In this document: one piece after another, positions 8,830 to 18,347 of the stretch
Layout of the letters: every line of letters starts with the position of its first letter
Numbering within the stretch: the stretch's first letter is position 1
Assembly (NCBI GenBank): GCA_043797305.1
Contig: JAZDPW010000034.1
Location: forward strand, 1-52,700
Length of the DNA stretch: 52,700 bases
Source of the DNA: Candidatus Jorgensenbacteria bacterium
GTDB taxonomy: Bacteria; Patescibacteriota; Minisyncoccia; UBA6257; GWB1-50-10
Reading direction: 5' to 3'
The notes under the pieces: model-generated
What the model was told of the DNA's origin: nothing
The model's input: the letters and a program-made list of their open reading frames with translations, nothing else
The model's database searches: none
Program-made: the position numbers and the translations under genes

Positions 8830-10566
8830 TCAAACCACCTCAGTGTTGTAGCAGCTTTCGCAATAAACAATCTCTTTTCTTTCCGGAGAATAGGAGGTTT
8901 CGAATTCGTTGGAACAGCCCGGCTTCATGCACCTGCGGTGCCAGAGTTTGAAAGGCGTTATATTCCGAAGACGTTCAAAATGTCGACAGTTAGGACATAT
9001 TCTGGGGATTGGTATTTTCTTGCTCCTGTAAAACTGAAGCTCCAATGGCATAATTTTGAATGCCGTGGTGCAATTCGCTTCGCAGGAAGCGCCATGCTTG
9101 TTTTTTTCGTGATGCTCGCAGGCGATGGTTTCTTTTAGGATCGAATCCTGAACATCGTTAATGTCATCGGGCAAGTCATCAGAACCGATCGTTGCGCTGT
9201 ATTGCGGTTTTTCTTTTTTCCGCCAACGGTAACCTTTTTTCTCCGCCGTTTTCTCGTCGAGTGGGAAATGTTCCTGAGCAATCGTTTCGTTGTAGCCGAA
9301 AGGTGATAAATCAATTGGGAAAAACTCACCATAAGAGTAATATCTGCCCCCGGAATCAACGTAGGGCGAATCACTCATTTGCTTAATTATCTTTGCCCGC
9401 AACGATTTATATTCTTCCTCACTATATTCTCTGTTCAAAATACAACACTTCTTATTTCTCAAACCAATACAACCGAAAAGATCGGAACTCGAACCACAAT
9501 GGTCGGTATAATCCGTGTCCCTTAATGCGTCGAGCCCGGCCATTGTGAACCGTATTCTCTGCGAATCCTTTCCGCCGGTTATGTACTCGTAGATAAGTTC
9601 GGAGTTAATGTGATAACTCACGTCATATGAATCCTTAAGATTGAAAACCCGTTGGCAATACTTTATATCCTCGACGTTATAAACGTTGAAACAATCGACC
9701 GCCTGTTTGGCATTGCTGTCGTAATTACCCGTTGTCCCTACCGATTTCACGATATCGGCATACTTGTGAAGCGCTTTCATGATTAGGTTATCGAACTCTT
9801 TTTTGAACTTCTCCCGTTCTAAGTAACTCCCAAGATTCAGTTCCTTGAGTTTCTTAAAGTAATCCTCCTTACCATATTGTTCGTTGCGAATCACATACTT
9901 CGCATTGCGGAGATTGGTCGAAAGAATACAGTTCTGGCAATTTCGGCAGTCAAATAGAAACCAGGAATCAATGTCATTCCGAGACTCGACGCAATAATGG
10001 GAATTGGCGTTTCCGGCTCCGTGAATGTTTTCATAGCAGTTTTCACAGCCATTAACGCTCAGGCAGTCGAAAATATTGGAGGACGCATCCACGCTCTTGG
10101 AATAAAACACGTTCTCGCCGCCGTCGCCGACCAAAGAATAAGAGAGGTAAGCGTTTTTCGTAGTCCGGGCGATGTTCGAGTAGAGAGAATCGACCATATC
10201 GAGCTGCCAAAGATTCAGCCGGGGAACGCGGTTGAAAAACTCTTTCCATTGAACGAAAAACGGTTTGGAAAAGTCGTAAGGAACACCGTAAGCGAGTGGA
10301 TCCCATTTGTCGGAATACCAGCAATCGTGGCAATACACCGGGAACGGGTTATCTTTGTGATACATGGAGATGATGTCTTTATTACAAAGACCGCATGTCC
10401 GCTTATACAAAGATCTCTCGTTCCGCCAAGCAAATCGGCGAATAAGCCGGCACTCCGGACACCAGGTTGGTGCCGGGACGTCTATTTTCTTGTAGAAATC
10501 AAAATCCTCCGATTCAATCGCGAACTGGTTTTCACAGTTTTGACAGATTTTAGTTTCGCTATTCAT
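8830..10566 (-). CDS. Cys-rich CPR-type protein with zinc-ribbon modules (paralog 1)
   Basis: CQNC...PTWCPECR, VYCHDCWYSDKWDP, central Cys/Asn/Asp repeats, YGEFFP, C-terminal VYCESCY. Confidence 0.85.
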   Translation of the reverse strand: MNSETKICQNCENQFAIESEDFDFYKKIDVPAPTWCPECRLIRRFAWRNERSLYKRTCGLCNKDIISMYHKDNPFPVYCHDCWYSDKWDPLAYGVPYDFSKPFFVQWKEFFNRVPRLNLWQLDMVDSLYSNIARTTKNAYLSYSLVGDGGENVFYSKSVDASSNIFDCLSVNGCENCYENIHGAGNANSHYCVESRNDIDSWFLFDCRNCQNCILSTNLRNAKYVIRNEQYGKEDYFKKLKELNLGSYLEREKFKKEFDNLIMKALHKYADIVKSVGTTGNYDSNAKQAVDCFNVYNVEDIKYCQRVFNLKDSYDVSYHINSELIYEYITGGKDSQRIRFTMAGLDALRDTDYTDHCGSSSDLFGCIGLRNKKCCILNREYSEEEYKSLRAKIIKQMSDSPYVDSGGRYYSYGEFFPIDLSPFGYNETIAQEHFPLDEKTAEKKGYRWRKKEKPQYSATIGSDDLPDDINDVQDSILKETIACEHHEKNKHGASCEANCTTAFKIMPLELQFYRSKKIPIPRICPNCRHFERLRNITPFKLWHRRCMKPGCSNEFETSYSPERKEIVYCESCYNTEVV

Positions 10567-10579
10567 TGTCTTGTTTTTA

Positions 10580-10603
10580 GGTGTTATGACATGTCATAAC
10601 ACC
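10580..10603. repeat. Perfect 24-bp palindrome (REP-like)
   Basis: GGTGTTATGACA|TGTCATAACACC. Confidence 0.8.
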
Positions 10604-10607
10604 ATCC

Positions 10608-12326
10608 TTAGACTACTTCGGCGTTATAGCAAATTTCACAGTAAACAATCTCCTTGCGATCAGGCGCATAGGATGTTTCGAACTCGTTGGGACATTTCCC
10701 TACTCCGTGAAAATGAGCGGCAGTGTTTTGGTAGACGCCGTTCTCCGACTTTCCGCCGGCGCACTCACAGGCCCGGTGCCAGAGCTCCCTCGGATTGCGT
10801 CTCGCGAGTCTTTCTTTGTGCCGGCAATCGGGACAACGGCGCGGGAGAAGTATCCGCATTTTCTTATAAAAGTTGAGCTCTTGAAGAAGAACACGAAAAT
10901 TCTTCCTGCACTTTTCGCAAGTTAAAATCTCTTTCGTAATCGATTCGTCAACTTTCTCTATTTGCTGCGGCACCTTGTCCCACGCCATCGTTTCTTTCCC
11001 AAAAAGACCCGAAGTGCGGCCCGCCCACTTAAATCCATTTTTTACCGCCTCCTCTTTTGTGAGTGGAAAATAATCGGGTGCTGTGGACTCATCGTAACCA
11101 AAGGGAGACAATTTGACTGGGAAAAATTCCCCCCACTCGCCGGTAGATTTCATATGACCGATAATTTTCTCAAACAGCTCGTTGTACTCCTCCGGCTTGT
11201 ATTGCTTGTTGAGAATACAGTAAGAAGATCTCCTCATCCCTATACAGCCAAATAAGTTATTGGAGTCAAAACAATGGTCGGAGTAGTACACGTCCCGATT
11301 GTCCCAACATACGATTGAAAAGAAGGTATTATACGAATTCGGCAAAGAAAGCCCCTCGTAACAACGCTCGCTTTTTATGAAAAAGTTTACGTCATAAGAG
11401 TCCTTGATAAAATCGGAGTTGGTAATGTAACGACAGTCCTCCAAGTTGGTCGCGTCGTAACAATATCTTGAGTTTTTGGAGTTTAGGAGACGATCGCCGA
11501 TACAATTCGTGCACTTAATCGTATAGGCGAATCGCTGGGGTAAAGACGAACGCAAGCGCTGCAAATGACTGTTAATTTCCGGAAGATTATCGGATAAATT
11601 ACTTTTCAGTTTCTCTACCTCCTTTTCCCATTCTTCTTTCAAAAGAGGTTTGTTGAATAAATAATGTTCTTTGTTTCTTAAACCAACGCAACCGAAACAA
11701 TTAGTACAATTTACACACTGTTCGGAAAACCACGTATTCGAACAGGAAACACATTGCGTGCACCAGGCGGAACCGTATAAATTCTTGCAATCTGTGCATT
11801 CATAACATAATTCGGCGTCTTCGGTATAGGCGGAGTCGAAAACATCTTTGGAACGAATAACGAAAAAGTCATAATAGCAGTCCTCTGAGGTGTTGCCGGA
11901 AACGCAAAGAAACGAATTTTTGTAGTAAATGCTCCACGGACAATAATCGCTCTGGACGCAGTGTCTGTTCATAAGCGACAAGCGCGGCACTGCTTTAAAT
12001 AGCTCGGCAAATTGTTCGAAGAAAGAACGTGAAAAATTAAATTCCCTGCCGTATGCTTTAGGATCCCACTTGTCGCTCCACCAGTTCTTCTGAGAATAAA
12101 CCGGAAACGGCGCATCTTCCGGATAGAGACTCACGATGGATTCTCCCGTAAGACTGCACGGCCGTCTGTATAAGGCACGTTCCACCCGAAATGCCAACCT
12201 TCTTTGTAGTCTACACTTCGGACAAAAAGTCGGCGGCGGAACATTAATCTTTTTATAGAAATCAAAATCTTCCGGTTCGATAACGAACCGGTTTTTGCAA
12301 TTCTGACAAGTCCTGGTTTCAGACAT
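10608..12326 (-). CDS. Cys-rich CPR-type protein with zinc-ribbon modules (paralog 2)
   Basis: Same architecture as 8830..10566 (CQNC, PTFCPKCR, WSDKWDP, WGEFFP, VYCEICY). Confidence 0.85.
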   Translation of the reverse strand: MSETRTCQNCKNRFVIEPEDFDFYKKINVPPPTFCPKCRLQRRLAFRVERALYRRPCSLTGESIVSLYPEDAPFPVYSQKNWWSDKWDPKAYGREFNFSRSFFEQFAELFKAVPRLSLMNRHCVQSDYCPWSIYYKNSFLCVSGNTSEDCYYDFFVIRSKDVFDSAYTEDAELCYECTDCKNLYGSAWCTQCVSCSNTWFSEQCVNCTNCFGCVGLRNKEHYLFNKPLLKEEWEKEVEKLKSNLSDNLPEINSHLQRLRSSLPQRFAYTIKCTNCIGDRLLNSKNSRYCYDATNLEDCRYITNSDFIKDSYDVNFFIKSERCYEGLSLPNSYNTFFSIVCWDNRDVYYSDHCFDSNNLFGCIGMRRSSYCILNKQYKPEEYNELFEKIIGHMKSTGEWGEFFPVKLSPFGYDESTAPDYFPLTKEEAVKNGFKWAGRTSGLFGKETMAWDKVPQQIEKVDESITKEILTCEKCRKNFRVLLQELNFYKKMRILLPRRCPDCRHKERLARRNPRELWHRACECAGGKSENGVYQNTAAHFHGVGKCPNEFETSYAPDRKEIVYCEICYNAEVV

Positions 12327-13496
12327 TTATTTAATTATAACTCCGCCTCCCAATAATTCTCCTTCCTTCGAGTAAAACACCGCCGATTGGCCGGGAGCGA
12401 CGAATTTGACTGGTTGGTCGAATTTCAGGTTATAGGTTTCGGGTGATGGGTTGTAGAGCATTGCTTTCACAAGCGGTTGGCGATAGCGCACCCGCACCAA
12501 GACATCCATTCGCCGATTCGCGCCAGAGGTCCCGAGCAATGCCGAGGGACGAATTGTTCCAGCGGTAGCCGGGTTGGTAAAATTCAAACCTCCAAGTTCA
12601 AGCTCTTTCTTGTAAAGCGCAGGGTTGTCGCTGCCCTCGGCGACAACGACTGTGTTTGCCGCAACGTCTTTCTCCACCACGTAATGCGGTTTTGTTTCGT
12701 GGCGTCCCTTAATTCGCGATTCATAATTCATAATCCCGATATGGCGCTGACCGATGGTGTAAAATTCCGCTCCTTCATGCTCGCCTATTCTCTCGCCGGT
12801 CGTGGTCAAAACCTTCCCCTTCGTCGAGGGAATGCGTTTTTTCAAAAAATCATGCAAGCTGACTTTCCCCAAAAAACAAATCCCCTGCGAATCTTTCTTC
12901 TCGGCCGTCGGTAACCCGGCCCGCCTTGCCATCTCTCTCACCTCGCCCTTCAAATAATCACCGATTGGGAAAAGACAATGTTTTAATTGTTCTTGGGTTA
13001 AAGTCCAGAGAAAATAGCTTTGGTCTTTATTTTTGTCCTTCGCGGCAAAAAGAGACAGTGGCTCGGATATTCCGTTCCGAGGGGCAGAATATCCGAGCTG
13101 CACGTAGTGCCCCGTCGCGACATAATCCGCGCCCAAAGACAGCGCCTTTTCCAAAAACAGGCCGAATTTTATCTCCTTATTGCACATCACGTCCGGATTG
13201 GGCGTTATTCCCCGTTTGTAGCCGTCAATCATATACTCCACCACTCTTTTTTTGTACTCTTTTTCAAAATTAAAAACATAAAAAGGAATATTAAGCTCGG
13301 CAGCCACCCGACGGGCGTCCGTTGCGTCGCGCTCGGCACAACCGTCAAGATTGTAGCAACGCATAAAAACGCCGGTTACGTCGTATCCGGCATCACGCAA
13401 GAGAAGAGCGGCAACGGAAGAATCCACGCCGCCCGACATCGCTACAAAAACCCTTCGACTCTGCTTGGGGTAAACTTTCTCCTTGTTTCTTGACAT
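12327..13496 (-). CDS. mnmA: tRNA 2-thiouridine synthase MnmA
   Basis: SGGVDSS, TPNPDVMCNKEIKFG, ATGHY, KDQSYFL, DSQGICF, APGQ. Confidence 0.97.
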   Translation of the reverse strand: MSRNKEKVYPKQSRRVFVAMSGGVDSSVAALLLRDAGYDVTGVFMRCYNLDGCAERDATDARRVAAELNIPFYVFNFEKEYKKRVVEYMIDGYKRGITPNPDVMCNKEIKFGLFLEKALSLGADYVATGHYVQLGYSAPRNGISEPLSLFAAKDKNKDQSYFLWTLTQEQLKHCLFPIGDYLKGEVREMARRAGLPTAEKKDSQGICFLGKVSLHDFLKKRIPSTKGKVLTTTGERIGEHEGAEFYTIGQRHIGIMNYESRIKGRHETKPHYVVEKDVAANTVVVAEGSDNPALYKKELELGGLNFTNPATAGTIRPSALLGTSGANRRMDVLVRVRYRQPLVKAMLYNPSPETYNLKFDQPVKFVAPGQSAVFYSKEGELLGGGVIIK

Positions 13497-13543
13497 TCAA
13501 TAGCATTATTATTTAAACTTCCTAGTGCGTCAATTATAAATTC

Positions 13544-14113
13544 ATGCTTTCGTACAACGAACTAAAAGTTGGAATGCTTTTCATCAAAGACGGAGAACCG
13601 TACGAGGTTTTGGAGTACTCGTTCGTAAGAATGCAGCAACGCAAACCCGTTGCCCAGCTTAAAATTAAAAACCTGATATCGGGCAAGGTCCTGCCCTATA
13701 CCGCCCATCAGAACGAAAGTTTTGGGGAAGCGGAAATCGAAATAACACCGATTCAATTCATCTACCACAACCGCGACCAATATTGGTTTCATGAAATCGG
13801 CAAACCGGGCGCCCGGTTTTTTTTGACGGACGAAGTAATGGGCGAAACCGGTCAATTTATCAAACCAAACACCGAAGTCAAGGCGTTCAGGTTCGGCGAC
13901 AGAATCATCAACATCGAACCGCCAATCAAAGTTGAATTGAAGGTCACCGAAGCACCGCCTTCGGTGCGAGGCAACACCGCCCAAGGCGGCAGCAAAACCG
14001 TTGTGCTCGAAACCGGCGCCAAAGTAAACGTCCCTCTTTTCATAAACACCGGGGACGTTGTAAGAATAAATACGAAAACGGGAGAATACGTCGAGCGAGT
14101 GGAGAAAAATTGA
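13544..14113 (+). CDS. efp: Elongation factor P
   Basis: RGNTAQGGSK, LETG, VPLFINTGD, TGEYVER; atypical tip loop MQQRKP. Confidence 0.93.
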   Translation: MLSYNELKVGMLFIKDGEPYEVLEYSFVRMQQRKPVAQLKIKNLISGKVLPYTAHQNESFGEAEIEITPIQFIYHNRDQYWFHEIGKPGARFFLTDEVMGETGQFIKPNTEVKAFRFGDRIINIEPPIKVELKVTEAPPSVRGNTAQGGSKTVVLETGAKVNVPLFINTGDVVRINTKTGEYVERVEKN

Positions 14114-14117
14114 TTTT

Positions 14118-15959
14118 TTAGTCGCCGGCCGGTTTCTTGAGGGCTTCTTCGAGAGCGCTCCGAAGACCTTCGATATCCACCTGAGCTCTGGACTCGAAGT
14201 GATGTTGTTTCTGTTTTTCTTCTACCGGTTTCAACTCGCTTAAGCTCACCTCTTTCTCAACCTCCTTAATACCCGCTTCGCCACCTCTTACAATCGAACC
14301 GAAGTGGCCTTGCTCCCTTGCCGGCGGCCTCTCTCCGCCTCTTCCCCTATCCCTGTCCCTATTTCTGCGCCCTCTGTCCCTTCCCGCCGGGGCAGCGCTC
14401 TGTTCTTTTTTGATTTCCGTTTTTGAATCGAATTCGATTCCAAGCCCGGACAAATCCGTCATGTATTCCCCTTTTGTCTTACCGCGAAAACTTGATTCAG
14501 TGGGCAGAGGTTTTAGTTCTCCTTCTTCGATTTTCGCGTAACAGTTGCTGCAGTAAACGGGCCGGCCGGGCGTCGGCTCAAACGGCACCTCCGCCTCCTT
14601 GCCGCAAATCGAACAAATGGTTTTGAATTTGTCCTGGGGCATTCCCGATTCGGTCCATTTGATAATTTCGTCCTCCACCACCTGCTGGGGTCTTCCGTAC
14701 CGCTTGCGGGAATTTTTGATGATTTCTTCTTGGGTAACAAAAGAGGCGTTGACGTTGAAAGGTGGCAGAGTCAGTGCCGAAAACGGCCGACAAGTCACGC
14801 CGTTTACCATCAGCTTCAGGTAAATGTGGTAATTGGGGAGATTCACCAAATCCTGCTGAGTCAGCTCGGGCGTAAACTCGGTTTCCAAAAATTCGGCATC
14901 AGCCGCTCCTATCCGGAAAATAATCATAGTGCCTACGTTGCCGAAAACGGCGTCCCTTACTTTCGTGGAAACGCTTGTGGAGAAATCGGTTACAAGCTGG
15001 CCTATATACTGGTGGGCAATGGTAAGGTTCAAGCGATATTTTCTCGCTTCGGAAAGAATTCCCGCAAAGCTGTCGGTCGCGAAGTTTTGAAACTCGTCGA
15101 CATAAAGATAAAAATCCACCCGTTCCTCTTCCGTAATCCTGACCCGCTCCATTGCCGCAAGCTGGATTTTGGTGATAATCATCGCTCCCAGAAGGGCGGA
15201 GTTATCCTCGCCGATTCTTCCTTTGGAAACGTTAACGAGGAATATCTTCCCCTGGTTCATAATGTCGAAAATATCAATCGTGCTTTTCGATTGACCGACG
15301 ATATTTCTGATTAGGGCGGTGGAAAGAAACTGACCGACTTTGTTCTGAATTGGCGCAATGGCTTCGTTCCGGAACTGGTCCCGCCATTCTTCGAATTCGT
15401 GAATCCAAAACGCTTTGATAACCGGGTCTTTGACGTTCGCAATAACCTTCTGCCGATATTCCTTGTCAACCAGAATTCTCGTAACGCCCAAAAGAGTGCT
15501 GCCCGGAGTATCCAAGAGAGCGAGAATAGCGTTGTTCAAAATGTATTCCATTCTGGCCGACCAGACGTTCGCCCAGATTTTCGTGAAAATTCCCATCAGT
15601 CCTGAAGCGACCAAATGCTTGTACTTCGGGTCGGGCAACTCGAGGATATTGAAGCCGATATGATACTCGGTATCGGCCGGATTAAAGTAAATGACATCGT
15701 CAATTCTCTCTTTGGGAATCTTGGTGATGATTTCCTCAACGAGCTCGCCGTGCGGGTCAACAACGCAAACGCCTTCGCCGTTGGCGATGTCCTGAATAAT
15801 CATATTGTGAAGAAGGGCTGATTTACCGGTACCGGTTTTACCCATTACGTAAGTGTGCTGTCTCCGGTCCTTGCGTTTCACGCCAAAAAGCCGGTTGGAG
15901 TTCCGGAAATTCGTCCGGCCGAGATAAATAACATCTTTTTCGTCCCCCAAAAGCGCCAT
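14118..15959 (-). CDS. TraG/TraD/VirD4-like (HerA/FtsK superfamily) ATPase with CxxC-x17-CxxC domain
   Basis: Walker A GKTGTGKS, DPHG, Walker B LYVDEFQNF, SEARKY, AHQY; CSICG...VYCSNCY. Confidence 0.85.
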   Translation of the reverse strand: MALLGDEKDVIYLGRTNFRNSNRLFGVKRKDRRQHTYVMGKTGTGKSALLHNMIIQDIANGEGVCVVDPHGELVEEIITKIPKERIDDVIYFNPADTEYHIGFNILELPDPKYKHLVASGLMGIFTKIWANVWSARMEYILNNAILALLDTPGSTLLGVTRILVDKEYRQKVIANVKDPVIKAFWIHEFEEWRDQFRNEAIAPIQNKVGQFLSTALIRNIVGQSKSTIDIFDIMNQGKIFLVNVSKGRIGEDNSALLGAMIITKIQLAAMERVRITEEERVDFYLYVDEFQNFATDSFAGILSEARKYRLNLTIAHQYIGQLVTDFSTSVSTKVRDAVFGNVGTMIIFRIGAADAEFLETEFTPELTQQDLVNLPNYHIYLKLMVNGVTCRPFSALTLPPFNVNASFVTQEEIIKNSRKRYGRPQQVVEDEIIKWTESGMPQDKFKTICSICGKEAEVPFEPTPGRPVYCSNCYAKIEEGELKPLPTESSFRGKTKGEYMTDLSGLGIEFDSKTEIKKEQSAAPAGRDRGRRNRDRDRGRGGERPPAREQGHFGSIVRGGEAGIKEVEKEVSLSELKPVEEKQKQHHFESRAQVDIEGLRSALEEALKKPAGD

Positions 15960-15985
15960 CTTGACTGTATTTTACATTTTATTCC

Positions 15986-17026
15986 CTAATCTATCAATCG
16001 GCTAATATCCTGAACGGTTATCAAGACCATGAGAACTAAAAGAAGAATGAAGCCAAAAGCGTTAATGGCAGTTTGAACTCTCCGGGAAATCGGTTTCATC
16101 CTGATTTTCTCGATGATAAGGAGGAGAAACCGGCCGCCGTCCAAAGCCGGAAAAGGAATGAGGTTCAAAACAGCGAGGTTCACTGAAATAAAAGCCATGA
16201 GTTCCAGGAGATAAACGAATCCCAGGGAACCGGCCTGAGAGGCGAGAGCAACGATGCCGACCGGTCCGGCGACAGTCTTAAGGACTTCCGGTTCGACTAC
16301 AAGTTTGAGAAAGAAATCGACAAAGCCCACCGCCACGAGCTTTAAAGTGGAAACCGTCGTTTCAAAACCTTTGATAAAACTTTTTCCCAATGACTCCCCC
16401 GCAAAGCCGACATCAACCAGACTTATTCCCAAGGGGCCCTGGCCTTCCGGAGGAATTTCCCTGCCTTCCAAACTTACGTTGAAAACGCTTTTCCCCCGCA
16501 TTATTTTTAGCTCCAGTGCTTCGGCGGGATTGGCGTTAACCAAACCGATGAATTCTCCGCTTGGAACCGGGTCAGCAAGAACAGTCTCCCCGCTTCTTGC
16601 TTCGAGAATCACATCGCCTTCCTTAATGTCGGCGGCATAAGCCGGCGAGTCGACTGATACCTGAGCGATAAAGAGGTGGTTGGGGGCGCCGGCGAAAAAA
16701 ACGGCGCTAAAAACAAGCCACCCCAAAACAACATTCATAAGAACTCCGGCGAGAACGATAACCGACCGGCGCCAAGCCGGCTCGGCCGAAAAACTGTCCG
16801 GCTCAGGCTCATCGCTGTCCTCGCCGAAAATTTTCACAAAACCGCCGAAAGGCAGGAGGTTCAAACTGTAAAGCGTCTCCCCGAATTTTCGGCCGAAAAG
16901 CCGCGGCGGGAAACCGAGCCCGAACTCTTCGACTTTCACGCCGAAAATTTTGGCGGCGGCAAAATGGCCGAACTCGTGGACAAGAATAAGAACCGACAAA
17001 CTGATTATGACGGCAACGACAATCAT
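15986..17026 (-). CDS. rseP: RseP/RasP site-2 protease (M50) with PDZ domain
   Basis: HEFGH, LLPFGGFV, NLIPFPALDGG. Confidence 0.93.
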   Translation of the reverse strand: MIVVAVIISLSVLILVHEFGHFAAAKIFGVKVEEFGLGFPPRLFGRKFGETLYSLNLLPFGGFVKIFGEDSDEPEPDSFSAEPAWRRSVIVLAGVLMNVVLGWLVFSAVFFAGAPNHLFIAQVSVDSPAYAADIKEGDVILEARSGETVLADPVPSGEFIGLVNANPAEALELKIMRGKSVFNVSLEGREIPPEGQGPLGISLVDVGFAGESLGKSFIKGFETTVSTLKLVAVGFVDFFLKLVVEPEVLKTVAGPVGIVALASQAGSLGFVYLLELMAFISVNLAVLNLIPFPALDGGRFLLLIIEKIRMKPISRRVQTAINAFGFILLLVLMVLITVQDISRLID

Positions 17027-17580
17027 CCCCTTATTTCGCCCAGCTTTGCCTCAACGGATTTTTCGATATCTTCGTTTGCTCCGTCGGTTTCCTCCTGAAC
17101 TTTGCTTTTCAACTTGAATTTCCCGTCTTCGTCCAGATCACCTTCCGCCTCCACTTTTTGAATCGCTTTATTGGCCTCATCCCGAAAGTGACGAATTTGA
17201 ATGCGATAATTTTCGGCCACCTTTCTCACGTGCCTCACTAATTCTTCGCGTCTTTCTTCGGACAATTCCGGCAAACTGACTCTTACAATCATTCCGTCCG
17301 CCGAAGCGGATACTCCCAAGTCCGAGGCTTCAATGGCCTTCAAGATACCAACAATGGCTTCCTTGTCCCAAACCTGGACAACGATGTTCCGCGGCGGTTC
17401 AACACTCGTCGCTCCCACCTGCTTTAAGGGAACGGGTTGGCCGTAATAATTCACCTTCAAACCCTCAAGAATAGCCGGGTTGGGCCGGTTTGTCCTTACG
17501 CCTTGGAGTTCTTTCCGGAACGTTTCAAGAACGCTCACCTTTTTCTTTTTAAAATCCTCTAGGATAGTGTTTTCGTTCAT
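17023..17580 (-). CDS. frr: Ribosome recycling factor
   Basis: VRTNR, YYG, VQVWDK, PELSEERR, IRHFR. Confidence 0.93.
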   Translation of the reverse strand: MNENTILEDFKKKKVSVLETFRKELQGVRTNRPNPAILEGLKVNYYGQPVPLKQVGATSVEPPRNIVVQVWDKEAIVGILKAIEASDLGVSASADGMIVRVSLPELSEERREELVRHVRKVAENYRIQIRHFRDEANKAIQKVEAEGDLDEDGKFKLKSKVQEETDGANEDIEKSVEAKLGEIRG

Positions 17581-18347
17581 CTCAAGATATATTCTATCGC
17601 TTTTCGCTGAAGGTTTTGATTCAAATTATAGCGCTGAATCGCCAGCTCTCGTTCCATAAGTATACTCAAAATCCTCGAGTTCTTTAAAACCCCCTTGAAA
17701 TAGAGGGAAATTATCTCGTTGGAAAGGTCCGTCAAAAGCTCGTCGTCCTTTTCTTCATTGGTTTTTCCGACAAGGTTCACCGCCCTTCCGATCCGGTTAA
17801 AAGACATGCGGGCGATTTCTTCGGCTTTCGATTCGGATATTTTGTAGCGTTCCATCAAAAACTTTTTGATTTCGGAAGCGGAGAAGGACCGGAAATAAAC
17901 CTGGGTTAGGCGGGAACGGAGAGGAGCGAAAAGAACCCGAACGTCCTGGGCGATAAAAATTATCATCGCATTCTCGGGCGGTTCCTCAACGATTTTGAGG
18001 AAAGCGCTCTCAGCCTCGGGTGTAAGCGTTTCAGCGTCCCTTATAATAGCGAGCCGCTTCGGCGATTTGAAAGGTTTGCCGAAAAGAAACGATTTTACTT
18101 CCCTTGCGGCATCGACGCCGATTTTCCCTTTCTCGTCGGGCAGAAAAATCCGCGAATCGATAAGCGGCGCTTCCTCACCGAGCGGCGAAAAGTCGAATTT
18201 ACCGGATTCGAGAAAAGAAGCGAGAGCGCGAGCGAATTGAAATTTGCCTATTCCGGAGTAACCGTAAAAAAGATAAGCGTGGCTCAAGCTGTCCGACTCG
18301 GCGAGCCGGCAAAACAGTTTTCTTTTATCCTCATGGCCGTAGAACAT
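17577..18347 (-). CDS. holB: DNA polymerase III delta'-like clamp-loader subunit
   Basis: SHAYLFYG..GIGK, AFLKIVEEPP, LRSR; start MFYGHE overlaps the mreB stop (TGATG). Confidence 0.8.
   Translation of the reverse strand: MFYGHEDKRKLFCRLAESDSLSHAYLFYGYSGIGKFQFARALASFLESGKFDFSPLGEEAPLIDSRIFLPDEKGKIGVDAAREVKSFLFGKPFKSPKRLAIIRDAETLTPEAESAFLKIVEEPPENAMIIFIAQDVRVLFAPLRSRLTQVYFRSFSASEIKKFLMERYKISESKAEEIARMSFNRIGRAVNLVGKTNEEKDDELLTDLSNEIISLYFKGVLKNSRILSILMERELAIQRYNLNQNLQRKAIEYILR

Noticed and set aside
8830-12326. Diversity-generating retroelement TR/VR pair between the paralogs
   Set aside because: No reverse transcriptase, and the similarity is protein-level rather than adenine-specific.
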